Assembly: GCA_000708835.1 (NCBI GenBank)
Contig: DF237097.1
Coordinates: 1-64,000 of the forward strand
Reading direction: 5' to 3'
DNA length: 64,000 nt
Source of the DNA: Klebsormidium nitens
Lineage: Eukaryota > Plantae > Klebsormidiophyceae
Shown: positions 1-11,810 of the stretch, piece after piece
Position numbering within the stretch: position 1 is the stretch's first letter
Layout: each line of letters opens with the position of its first letter
Program-made: the position numbers and the translations under genes
Notes under the pieces: model-generated
The model's database searches: none
Told to the model about the DNA's origin: nothing
The model's input: the letters and a program-made list of their open reading frames with translations, nothing else

Positions 1-403
1 CGCAACCTAACACAATTTCGAACAAAAGCAGGTTACCCTAATCAGTCTGCCAATGTCATACTTGACGACGTGAAGACGCAGCAGATCCCTCTGCCTGACT
101 ACTAGCTAGACGCTTTCAACCTTTAGCATCACGCCTACGGCCCAACTAATAGCACCTTGGGCGTCTTGCTCCCCTCTTGTGATCCAGTAACATCGATCAT
201 CATCAATGCATCAATGCATCTCGGAGACCGTGAAAAGCCGTCTCAATTAAACGGCCAACGCCATGTTTTGTTAATTGCAGATTCGCTTGTCCAAACTTGG
301 AAGCATCCGGAATCGGCTGCACCAGTGCTTATACTTTCGTACGTCAAAACTTACGGTTCGACGAAGAAACCTTTTCAGATTGTTTCTGTATACGCGTCTG
401 CAG

Positions 404-564
404 GAGGCACGGGCGAGCAAGCGGATGCGTCATCGCACGACAAGGCTGACGTCACGAAGAGAGCCGCCCACAATCTCGCGCTGATATTCCAGAAGAGCGG
501 GGCGCATTTGCTGGCAGATCAGATTCGTCGTGACTATCTAGCCCAGGAAAGAGAGGCCGACTGA
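404..564 (+). CDS. Terminal exon of a TFIIIC subunit 3 (GTF3C3/Tfc4)-like TPR protein; rest of gene upstream of window
   Basis: TCTGCAG acceptor ends at 403, then ...DVTKRAAHNLALIFQKSGAHLLADQIRRDYL...* (TGA 562-564). This resembles the recalled GTF3C3 C-terminal motif (EAAHNLHLIYxxSGAxxLAxQ). Only one exon is visible. Confidence 0.55.
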
Positions 565-1904
565 CTTTGCATGTTCTCGACCACGCTTTCAGCAACTCTG
601 ATCAGTATAGATACAGTCCTCTGTTACGGGATTGCTTTTCAATAGATTGTCCGAAGCTCTGCACACGATCCGGTGGCCCTGCACATACGGAGGTCCACGG
701 TTGAAAGTCCGAGCAGGTGCTCAAATTCGTCATTGCAATCACGTACGTGGTCTCAAGTGATTCTCAGTATCAGTATCCGGTAATCCCGCGAGTTGTTGCA
801 AAACCCAAAGACCATGTCATCACTGCGACAGAGCCCCGCGTGCCTCTTCCCATTTCGATGCTTCCTTACTTGGAGACTCCCCGAAATTGCAAGCCTGCTT
901 CGACCTAATTGTCCATTAGGCTTGAACGGTTCCTACAGCATACGAAAACTTTCATCAGAAACAACAAAAGTACCGTCATGCTTTTTATGTTAGACGCTCA
1001 AACACGACGGTCGACGTTAGCCACTGCATTCAAAAGCGAGCTATACTGGGAGTATCGTTTGGGGGCGGAGTCGACATGCAGCTAGCCCGTTGTACATACT
1101 CAGATCATTGCCTTACAAAAAGCTGTATAACCTAGTCCAAATCCGGCCTTCATGCATGCGCGGCAGGCTCGCGCGAGGCTCCAGTTATCGATAAAATCTG
1201 CATACGTGATCCGACAGTCATCGCATCAAGTAATTGCGAGCTAGCGGATTACGTCCACATGATAAATCTCGAGATCAGCATCTCGAGATCAGCATCTTGA
1301 AGTTCCTCAGAAATAATGGATCCAGGAGAATCACATGACGGGATGTGCATCAAGCCTCCCGACTCTTGGAACAGTACAGAGATCTTCTATGGGAGCAGCC
1401 ATTGACGAATACCGATGGACGAGTACCGTGCAACGCGCTTCAATGGCGCTGAAAGCACCGGGAAACGACGAATTGGATTGCGGCCATATGCGCGCTCTCA
1501 AAATTGTACTGCGTGTCTGAGGAACAAATCGTGTCTCATGCAAGGATCGTCGAAGGTGGTAACTTGGTGGTATCAGCAATGCAGGACTGTGTTTGCATCT
1601 AATTTTTGCCAAATGACAATCTGGGCCTTTTGATTCAAAGTTGTCGCGATTTCGAGCCACTTCGGGCGCCTTGACAGGCGATTAACTTCTGTTGCAGTTT
1701 AGCTTCAAACTGATTGACACAGACTTTGACGAGCTAGCCAGCTCATCATCTGACAATGTATCGTCCTGAGTCGGATGTTTCGGAACATCAGTCGATTCGG
1801 AGCATGTCGACGGAATTAGTAAATCCTGCTCCTGTATCTTCAACTTTGATGGAGGTCACAGAAAGAAGCCAAGAGCTCGTACTGCAGGAGCGCACGCATC
1901 CAGT

Positions 1905-2345
1905 TTGTCTGCGCCAAAGGACCTACGTGCTGAAGAGTTCTTTCTAAACATTTTATCAGCCTGCGCGCATTCTAGAGAGGCATCGTTGGGAACGGTTGTC
2001 TTCGAAGCCCTCAAAACCTTTGCGCTTCAGGGTTGTCCGCGGAAATCCAAGCCACCAGATGGCTCTTGCCGCATATGCATCACCAACAAGAAGCCTCGCC
2101 TTGAAGCGAGTTGCTGGATCTGCGGCAACGAGTCTTTCCCGCTCAGACTCTACCCGCCATGCAGGGTCTGTTCAGCCTCTGAATCGTACAACTCTTACCT
2201 TGCAGCAGAAGAATTTCTCTACCTCTCACTTCCGACGACTGCCTATCATGAAGTGTTCAGGCAAAGAACAGGATACAGAAGTGAGGAACAAGGTAAGGGT
2301 TCGATCTTCCCTACTGGATTGTTTGATGTGGTTGTCAGACTTTGA
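1905..2345 (+). other. Cys-rich ORF with three CxxC pairs; possible zinc-binding exon or pseudogene fragment
   Basis: CRIC-x11-CWIC-x12-CRVC with a strong donor (AAG|GTAAGG) near 2292. I could not join it in this frame to the downstream exons without a stop. Confidence 0.25.
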
Positions 2346-3005
2346 CCTCTCCTGCATGAAAGATTCTGGATTGTATCAATTCATTGCGTGGAAGATCTTC
2401 GGATCCAACCCATGCATAAGCATTACCTCGATCAGCTTTCAATCTGACAGGGCTGTGGCGTCCATTTTGCTCCTGATCAACACTGAGGGCCTGGTTTCCC
2501 AGCATGCAGACTCTATCCAGATTCCAGAAGTGATAATTCAAAATGGAGATTTGGCATCAAGCTGTCTGAATTCATCTTATCCATCGTCCAGGAGTGGCGT
2601 AAGCTCGTTTGTCCATACTTTGAGCTTGAGGAGTCACCAGTCAATTTTTGACCGTTTCAAACAAAGTTGAATATGCAGAGGTGGTCCACAAGCCTTCAAG
2701 ATTTCAAAGTGCAGTCTGCGAACACACATCCACTTATCTTGCATTGCTTTGATTTTAAGGCGATGACTCTGCTTAATTTTGTTCTACAGGAACTTAGAAA
2801 CACGAGATAAAGATATCAAGGATATCTCATCAACAAGGAGATTTGATGCTGTTCATGAAATCAATCCGAGTGGAACAGATTCCGTCTAGTCCAAGGAAAG
2901 TTCTGTGTCCTGTGAGTTTTCACACATTCATACTGAAGCCAAAATGCTTTGCAACATCTGCTATGAAGGACATATCCTGATTTTATGCTTTGACCAACTC
3001 TGCAG

Positions 3006-4761
3006 GCAGCAATGAACCTTGTCACGAATGGGGTCCAGCTGAAATCTCCTGGCAAGACACCCACGGTCCGAGAGGCACCATTCCTAGAGATCATCACCGA
3101 CCTGAGCTGGAGTCTGAAGATCAAAACCAAAGACTTTAACGACTCTTTTGGAGCAAAGACTCTTGCAGAACAATGCTCAGAACTTCAGTGGCCTCCATGC
3201 TGCGTCTCCCCAAACACCTTCAGGGACAGCTCATTCGGCTTCTTCGCAAGCTTCGAGGAGTGGATGCAGACTTACGGTCAGCCGTTAGACGACGTCGACT
3301 GGGAAGGCAGAGACTCCGAAGCGCGCGAGCGCGCGGCACGGAAATTTCAGGAGGCTATGAGCAGTCCGCAGTGTCAAGCACATCATGAAAGATACCTGGA
3401 AGATCTTGGTCTCGGCGGTGAATCGGAGCTGCAGCCAGTCATTCCCGGAACAGACTGCTTCAACCCTGTGCTCGAGAACTTCTGGAAGCCCTGGGCCAAG
3501 TAAGCAGGCAATCAAAAATATTGCTTCCTTTTTTTCTTAACCCGCCTTTGAAAGGTTCATATAAATGGCTTCTCAAAAAGGGGGGGTAGACCAGGTTTCG
3601 CTTGGGAAATTTGACAATGATCTAGAAGACAATTCAGCCTGCTTGACTAGGCCGTGGAGGCCTCCAAACCAGCAAGTGTAAACCAACGAGAGCAATCTGC
3701 TGATCTGATCCGCTGTCAGCTACGTCCCAAATTTCGGGTCTCCTGGAAGCCTACTGTAGCTTCTCAATGAACGAGTTATCATTCAAACGTGTCTTCGAAA
3801 ACATAGTCTTACATCGCTGTTGGCTTGCAGGTCCGTTCTTTTTCCCGGAGCTTTCCGTCCGGACATCGTCGACGCTCCGGGCGCCCTCGCCGCGTGTTTC
3901 CTGCAGCAGGCTGTGCGCGAGCACCTGTGCTGGTCCGTTCCGACGCTGCCCATTCTTCGCTGCATGATCAATTTCGCTCCGGAAGGCCGGATCCTGGACG
4001 TCGCCGCGGGAAGCGGTTACTGGAGTGCGCTCCTGGCCGGCCTCGGGGCGGACGTGTTGGCAATCGACAATTTCTCTTGGTGGCAAAAGCGGCGCGTGAA
4101 CGGCGGATCGGTGAACGGAACGGAAAGCTCATCAGGCAAAGAAGGCATACCTCTTCCGGTGAGCTTGTAAAGATATAGGAGCATGAGGCGTAGGCCAAGC
4201 AAGGTTGCATTGCGAGCGTGCGTTTGAGAGTTCCACGGACTTGCATGCGCTCCAAATTTTCATAAAAATCTCGATTTGATGGTCATTCGGTTCAATCTCG
4301 CCGTTTCCGGATTGCAAAACCCCAGCTTCTCCGTCGTATTTACATTCGTGTAACATGCTTACTCTGTCGGTCTGCTTCTGACGAGCTTCTTCGTAAAACT
4401 TTCCTGTTGTTTGCGATTCTATTTGTTGGCCATCTGTCGTACGAAGCTGGTGATTCCAAGCTCGGATTCTGGGACCTTGCAGACGCCCTTCTACTACGAC
4501 ATCGAGGAGGCGGATGCCGTTGAGTTCATCAAAGCTGGCAAAGCGGAGGGACGCGCGCTCTTCTTCAGCTGGCCGTTCAATGTGATGCAATGCCTGGAGC
4601 ACTACACTGGGGACACCGTCTTTTGGATCGGAGAAGGATCTACAGACGACATCATGCCGTGGGCTGATGAGTGGCTTGAGGTGCACCGGGTCGAGATTCC
4701 GCAATGGTTCAGCCTTCACGATGAATTTGTTGTCTACAAGAGAAAAGGAAGCTTTTCTTAG
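3006..4761 (+). CDS. Class I SAM-dependent methyltransferase-like protein; exons 3006-3499, 3831-4095, 4483(or 4447)-4761; 5' end uncertain (possible exon 2798-2911)
   Basis: AA|GTAAGC donor (phase 2) joins TTGCAG|G to give NPVLENFWKPWAK-SVLFPGAF. Motifs: CWSVPT, ILDVAAGSGYWSALL (motif I), VLAIDN, LFFSWP, VFWIGE, IPQWFSLHDEFVVYKR. Confidence 0.75.
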
Positions 4762-6163
4762 CGGTGGCTGAGGAATGCCGCGTCGGTTGTCGGCTGAGAT
4801 AAGAATGTCAAAACGTACTGTGTTCAGATTACATTATTGGAGGGCCTGAATCTGGTACAGCTTGTCTGGGGTATCTAATGCTGATAGTGACGGTTGATTA
4901 ATTTTCGAAGGCTGCAAAACAACCTCCTTTAGCTGCTTCGCTTGTGCCTGTCTAAACGCACCGAGATTGATCTTCTTGCAAACTGTTGAATGAGCACTTG
5001 TACTTTGAATCATTCCTTGCAAGATCCATGATGCATCAGAACGGTAATGAAATCACCATATGCACATCATGCGTGATTGGCAGCTCACAGGGTTTCTTGG
5101 AAGGAGGAAAGCTTGTATAAGCGATCGACGAAGCAAGGTTTCATTTTTAAGGTCTGGCACGTGACAACCTGCAGACTGATATCTGAAGTGTCTAATTTGC
5201 GTACACGTACCAGCACTTGACATAGCTCTCCAGGCCAATGGCCGCGCGCTGTCCGCGGTTTAACACTGAACGCTGCCATAATACGTCATTCCCTTCTCGA
5301 CTTTAAAATGCATCCATAAACTCCGAGTTATGGATTTGGGCCGAGGCATATCTCATGGGAGCCTCGGAATGCTCAAAGAGCATGGAAAGGAGCCGCACTG
5401 ACGGTACACTGATACGTTCGAAGCTGGTGCACAATTTTGCCATGGACCGTTTCGTGCAGGCGGCTCAAGCACGAGTTTGCTTGTTCAAAAAAGTCGTGCA
5501 TGCGGTACCGTGCCTGGCTCCTAAGCTGGTCCAATTTCATGGATTCGATCATGATACGGGATAATAGACTCAGTCAGTTTGCAACTTGCGTTTCGTGAAT
5601 TTTGAACATCTGTCACATGTGCGCGCTGGCGGGCTGCCCAGTACAGTGGGTATGCGGGCAGCAGCTCCCATGGGAGGATGCATGGTCCGTGTGGCCGGAA
5701 GCTACCATTTGGCACGTCGATTTGCAGGTCGACCGTCTGCATCGAGAACTGAGTACGCTTCTGTCGTATGTTGCTTCAGTGCATGTGCAGGTCACACGGT
5801 CAGACTTGAACAATCAGTTCCTCATGGTTGTATACCTAGTAGGGCCACGCAAGCCAACTCGCCTTATTAACGTACTACCCTAACAAGATATTGTGACCGA
5901 AGGACACGCTAGCATACTCATACCTATCGATCTCGCAGAAGGACTTGCGGCCTTCTACTCTACAGTAGCTACATTTGTTTTGATCAGCCCAACTAAGGAG
6001 GATATGGTGACACTTGGACCAAAGTCAAATCCTGTTGGTGAGACTACTGTCCTCTTTCAACTTGGAAATACTTTACAACTTAAGGCTTGAGTTAGCAGGC
6101 CAAAAAGGCACACAGATCAGGACGTCTTCCAAAAACACAAAAACAGAACTAGCAATTCGCAGT

Positions 6164-8276
6164 TTATCTCGTTGCTTTCATGACTAGACAACGGTCCTGT
6201 GCGGCAACCTTCGCAACAACGTTTCCCAACTTCAGTTCCAAACTGAGCTGTGGTGGGACATCCGACACCTGCAAAAGAGAAAAAACTTAGCCGTCGTTAA
6301 CCTATGTATCTTACCAGTTTCAGAGCACTTGCATTTGATTGGGGTTAAGCGACTGACTGGGCTTGAGCTGGTCAAGAATGTTGTGGCAAAGCAGACGGGT
6401 CTAACTATTTCCGGAAAACAATCAAGCACCTTCCTTAAGAGAATGGGAAAGAAGGCTTACCTCTTCAAAGCCAGCCCGTTGATAGAACTTTATCCTGTAC
6501 ACAGCAGAAGCTCGAACAGCTTCAGTCGTCGAGCAAAGCATGGGTCTCATGATGTCTTTGACCTGCTGATCCAAACCGGAAGAACAGTCAAGCCGATTTG
6601 GGCAGAACGAGTTGCGAGCAACTTGAACACATGAGGGACCATCACCGTTCATTAACCAGGTCTTGAGAACGCTTCTTCGTTCTCGTGACGGAGAAAGTCG
6701 AAAAATTAAAGTCGCGTCCTGCTCAAGAAAACAGGCGGATTGGGAACACGCAGTAGAAGAACTTACGCCCGTCCAATCGTGAGCAGGTACACCTCTCCTT
6801 CGATCCGGCCAAGCAGCTCTTGGAGAAGCCTAGTCCCAATCCCCTGGCCTCGATGTTCCTTGACCACAACTAGACTGCGCAACTCTTGAATTGGGGGATC
6901 CCCCGGAATGTTTGCAACTTGGCCGCACGCGACCAGCTGACCTGCAGCGTCCTCGGCCACCAGAAAGCGGTCACGGAGAAGGTTGAGGGGGTTCATTCTG
7001 CAGGGACAGTGCCCGAACTACAGTTGGCAAATTCGATCGAGTAGGGGGTCTACACCGCAACTGATGGAACCGGTGCAGGAAGACCACAATGTCGGCAATT
7101 GTTGTCTCCAAAGGAAAGAAGTTCCTTGCATTTCTATCTAGTAAGAGATCCACAGGATGGCTTGTTCCCAAATGCACGGGTGTGACTGATATTGACCGAG
7201 GGAACCGACAAACGTTTTCTTGTCATCACTCAAGAAAAGGCACCCCATAACAGGTTCATGGAGACGCATTGTCCAGTCAAAGTTGAGTTGCAAGGTCTCT
7301 ACATTCAGAAGGAAAAGAGATCATCATTGTAGTAGGACAGTAGGACTTATGACACCCAACATATGAATAGCTTATGAATATAGCTCACGCTTCTTTTAGA
7401 ATCAGCCACTGGATCTGGGCCATGTCCTGCTCCTGTGCTGGACGGAACTTGACAGGGGCATCGCTCCTGTCAACCTCGTTGGGGGGGCTTTTGCCGGACC
7501 GACATCTTCTGCAAGGAATCACAAAAGGGGTCAAGAAGAGAAGCTGGTTCAGGTGGCCGCCAAATCAAAAGTAATCAAGGGGCAATCTGAAAATCCTCTC
7601 TTGCTTGGACTTAGCCCTCTGTACAAACTAAACAGTACATTAAAATCCTTATGACGATAGCCCCATTGTAGCCCCATTGAGTATCATACAACACTGCGTA
7701 GGTGGTTGGCAAACAGAAGTACTATCAGACGCTGGCCCCCGTGCGCGGTTTCAAGTACTGCAAATGCCTTCAAGTTGTCAATCGACTTTGTCTATCTGGT
7801 CCTCAACCTTGAGAATCAGTCTAATAAGAAACATTCATATTACCTATCTCTGAGTACCTGAGTCCGCTCAAAAGTGCAGCATTTTATGAACAGATGCCCA
7901 CTGATGAGGCAGAAACTTACAAAGTCTTCCTACGTGCCTGGCCCTCTCCAGCTCTCACTTGACTCTGGGGGTTGTTTCGACCATTACTGCTCAAGAGAAC
8001 TGCCCTTGCCCTGCAATTGGAGGGTGAGATGCTGCGGAGACCCTCCCTCTGTAACCAAGACTCCCCCCAACACCTGCTTCTTTGAATTGCAGCCGCATTG
8101 AGCGAGGCACTTGATGTTCTGCTGCATTTCCCCTGCTGCGCTTGCGCCACAACCAAGCAATGTGGTTTCAACAGAGGACTGTGCTTGCATGGATGAGAAC
8201 TATCAGAGGATGCCAACAGCGCACGTCCAGCTAGACACCGATGGCCCAGCACTGGCGTTTGGAGAGAGGCAGCCAT
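6164..8276 (-). CDS. GNAT-family N-acetyltransferase with probable plastid transit peptide (281 aa); exons 8276-7921, 7508-7389, 6997-6767, 6494-6461, 6268-6164
   Basis: All splice phases are consistent (846 nt). Core: FRPAQEQD...MNPLNL..RFLVAED...ELRSLVV...RGQGIGTRLL (acetyl-CoA motif A)...KFYQRAGF (motif B). The N-terminus (MAASLQTP...) is Ser/Arg/Ala-rich. Confidence 0.85.
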
Positions 8277-8845
8277 GGGCGCTTGCCAAACGCCAAATTG
8301 CTCAATAATAAGGCAGCAAATTTGAGGATGCCAGGGATCACACTGCCGATCCGCTGTGGTCGAGCGCAATCCAAGGGAAACAGAGCTAGTCTCACCGGAG
8401 CAGCGGAATCCGCCTGTCACTCATAGGGCGGTCACATATGACTTCTCGGGAAAGTGGCGAGTGTTCCCTGGTGAGGGAGCGTGTGCTCCCCGAGAATCTG
8501 CTTTGGTCATATTTCCCTCAGGGACGGGTTGCGCGAAATGTTAAAGCTTCCCGATATCTACGGCGAGGCAGACTGTCCAAGGAGTGACCGCCAACCCGTC
8601 CCCTTAGATTTTTACCGGCGTCCCTGAAAGGCGTACCGTCCCCCAGAATATCGACTTGAAATTCTGGCCGGGACGAAATCACCGGTTTTCGGACGAAAAT
8701 TCGGTCCCTGAGTGACGGTGCACCCCGAAAATGTTCATATGTGACCGCCCTATCAGCTAGAAAACTCAAGGGTGGGCGAAGAAGACGGTCATGCAACGAC
8801 TCGAACAAGATCGAACTTGAAGCCAGTCATCTTAGAGTCAGAGTC
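8277..8845. promoter_or_regulatory. Divergent intergenic spacer GNAT / F-box-LRR, mostly occupied by a MITE
   Basis: Head-to-head ATGs at 8276(-) and 8846(+). A shared promoter is inferred from geometry only. Confidence 0.4.
8424..8752 (+). mobile_element. Non-autonomous TIR element (MITE), family A copy 1, 329 bp
   Basis: Perfect 18-bp TIR TAGGGCGGTCACATATGA (8424-8441) / TCATATGTGACCGCCCTA (8735-8752), flanked by TCA on both sides (8421-8423, 8753-8755). Homologous along its length to 13311-13643. Confidence 0.85.
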
Positions 8846-10084
8846 ATGGCCGCCCTCTCCGCGGACCTTCTTGTGAGGATAATCCACCTGGCTGCGAAAG
8901 GTGATGCCGAAACCATTGCGGCGTGCAAAGCTGTGAGCAAGGAATGGCGAGATTCTGCACGGCATGTGTGCAGCAAGGTGGTGCTCGCTGGGGTAGAGAA
9001 TGCACTGCCTGAAGCCTTGAGGCATCATCCCCAAGTAACAGAGCTGGAGATTGTGATGAAGAACGAGTATAAGGGTCAGGTCTCTGCGGAGGTGTATGAT
9101 GTGCTTTCCTCAATAGCCTGGGCTTCTGTAATCCTGCATTACAAACCGGCAGCCGGTCCCCCTTCTCTGGCCACCCTTCTGTCTGCTTCAAAGTGCAGTT
9201 TGACGACCCTAGTGCTAGAGAACGTGCTTCTTGAGGCTTCCGACCTCCGCTGCGCACTATTTGCCTCAAGAAATCTGGAAAGGTTCAGCCTAGGGGGACA
9301 GGTGTGGTATCGTAGCGGGAGCAACGAGTCTATAGATTCCCGAAAAGCAAGATTCCTGGAGCAGGTTATGAGCGGCGTTGGTGCCTTGACTAGTGTAAAA
9401 GAGTGTCATCTTGCCAAGTTTGGCGACTTGATTACTGGCGAGACCATTGCCCTGCTGTTACGCACTTTCTCAAATCTCAAGGTCTTGTCTTTCAGAGACA
9501 TTGTCGGCTTGTCAAAAGCTGCATATGTCGAGCTCGCTTGCGGCCTGCCTCACTTGCGGTCCTTGAGAGTGACAGGGTACTCAGCGGAGTATTTGAACCC
9601 CCTTCCCTCTGTCATGTCAGAGCACTGCCCTTTGCTGGAGGAATTAAGCATGTCGACCCCTCTCATGGAAAGCCTGGATAATTGCTCTAGCTCCTTGATT
9701 CAGGGCGTGGCATCTCTCCTTAAGTGCTGCCCTTCTCTAACCACTCTACAGTTGCCTGTTCCAGTTTGGAAGCAAGATTGGCCTTTGCTTTTACCAGATA
9801 TGGGGAAGATTGTGGATTTGGGTTGTTCATGGGACGATCTCTATAGTGCTCCTTTGCTCGGAACGCTGCCAGAGCTGAGCCACTTGGCATTGGCTGATAA
9901 GTCGGAGTGGACAAACGGAACCGTGATGGAAGATCTCTTTATGCTTGATAAGTTAGTCCGGCGCTTGCCCAAGTGCTCCAGAGTGAGTCTACGCCCCAGA
10001 TGGCTTAATGCTGCAAGACGTTTTAATCGGCGCAAGTTGATGCCTGGAGTAGTTTTGAGTGCGCTCAAATACAGCTGGGAGTAA
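8846..10084 (+). CDS. Intronless F-box / leucine-rich-repeat (RNI-like) protein, 412 aa
   Basis: N-terminal F-box-like segment LSADLLVRIIHLAA...CKAVSKEWR, followed by LxxLxL repeats (FSNLKVLSF, LPHLRSLRV, CPLLEELSM, CPSLTTLQL, LPELSHLAL). The first ATG is at 8846. Confidence 0.75.
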   Translation: MAALSADLLVRIIHLAAKGDAETIAACKAVSKEWRDSARHVCSKVVLAGVENALPEALRHHPQVTELEIVMKNEYKGQVSAEVYDVLSSIAWASVILHYKPAAGPPSLATLLSASKCSLTTLVLENVLLEASDLRCALFASRNLERFSLGGQVWYRSGSNESIDSRKARFLEQVMSGVGALTSVKECHLAKFGDLITGETIALLLRTFSNLKVLSFRDIVGLSKAAYVELACGLPHLRSLRVTGYSAEYLNPLPSVMSEHCPLLEELSMSTPLMESLDNCSSSLIQGVASLLKCCPSLTTLQLPVPVWKQDWPLLLPDMGKIVDLGCSWDDLYSAPLLGTLPELSHLALADKSEWTNGTVMEDLFMLDKLVRRLPKCSRVSLRPRWLNAARRFNRRKLMPGVVLSALKYSWE

Positions 10085-11810
10085 GGACGCAGGCCAAAAC
10101 TTTTTGTTGTCTCTAGGCTTTGCAAAGAGAGAATACATTTCTTTGTTTTAGCTCCCAGGACATTGACACAAGATTGCAGAAGCCAACAACGTTGCAACAC
10201 TACAATTGGCTAATAGATAGCTGCGGTGATTGGCGTCCATGCATGTGGTGAAAGAAGCTATAATCTATCAAGATCGTTGGTCCTTCCAAGAACACTGTGA
10301 GCCTTGTTATTGCTAGTGGACGGGGACATTTGAAAAGTTGCTTGAGTTGTCAAGCTGCAATTGTTGCTCCTGGCACATGGTTGGTAGGTCTTGAAGATAC
10401 TAATCGTAGGATTACTGGACATGATCTGCAGCCGTAAGAAGCTGCCGGCAGAGTTGACCGTCTCGTTGTGTTTTGGAATCGCGGCAGCATGCCCAATGGC
10501 TCAATGTGGCTGAGGCCGTTAATAGCTCATAGGATTGTAAGTGACCTTCTATAGCTGCAATAAGAGCAGGCATTTTGTAGTAAAATTGCCCCGCCGCGGC
10601 CTGGAGGTTTGGGCTCAACCCTCCAACAGTTGAGGGTCTGCACGGACACTATCATTGTGTGTACGTGCTTGGTAATTAACCTGTATTCACATGGATGGCA
10701 AAACTCAGAAGTTCTCGATCCAATCCAGCCAGGGAGCACGCTCTCCAGCCGAGCTACCTAAGGCCAAGATGGACTTTTTTCATATCTAGCGGTTGAGTGC
10801 ATACGTAAAAAGCAGCTGGATCATACGGACGAAACGAACGTATGGCCCAACTTGCATGCGAGACGATTCAATGATGTCGCAAGTACCTTAATGTAGTCGC
10901 CATCGTGTCATCATGGCAAATTAATTGTGCAGTCGCTCGCTTGCGGGGCCTGGCGGCATTGACGTTTATATAGTGCACGTTTGTAGCATGCAGGTGATTG
11001 CGGTGCCTTTGGGGCCGGATCGAGCATAAGTTATAGTCATGCATATAGGATCCGCCGGCCCTCAAATTGTGATCTGAGCTGGCTAAGACGGTACTATTCA
11101 CGTGGCCGGCCGGCATCTCATGATTGTCACTGAAAATGCACATGGCACATTGAGCCGAGAGACGAATCGATTTTAATACATTCAGTCTAGGCTTGCAGAA
11201 GTGGCGGTCACAGTATTTGTGGTTCCGTTGCGCGCCAAATTCGAGCGATTCAGGAAGTTCACGCCTAATGATTACAGATGATATGTACACCATAGTATGC
11301 AGCTCGCGCGCTCAGAGATATGCGTGCGTCTGCAGGAAAGATGACGTGCATGCAACTTCATGCATGCACCGTCACTGACTGAAATTCGATTGACACCAGT
11401 TTTCCTTTTGTTATGAATTAAAGCGGATATTAGTCAGAGACGAAACCAAGGAAGTTTCTTCGCTGGCGGACGGTACGTACGGACATGCATTTAGACTGCT
11501 TTGACTTCGCAAGCTCTTATAGACAGGGTAGATAGCGAGATCACATTGGCAAGTTGGGTTTATGCAAGACGTGGGCATGATTGCGGGCCTCGTTTGGAAG
11601 TTTGGATCAGCGCCGCGTGAAGTCAGTCAGGTCGGAAACACTCGTCAAACAGGACCGGGTAAGCATAGAGTTGTAAACAGGACTATGGAGGGACATCCAA
11701 ATGTGTGAATTGACTTCACATACTTCGCGCCAAAAACATAGCAAACTTCGGACCTGGTTGCTCACGGGCGACAATCATCAAACCGCAGAAGGCCTTGCGG
11801 GGATTGACAG

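Noticed and set aside
7900-7916. CTGATGAG…GAAAC as a hammerhead ribozyme core
   Set aside because: There is no stem II and no flanking stems, and it overlaps the GNAT intron-1 donor region on the other strand.
8741-8845. ORF-track start of the F-box/LRR gene at GTG 8741
   Set aside because: That GTG lies inside the MITE TIR. The F-box begins right after ATG 8846.
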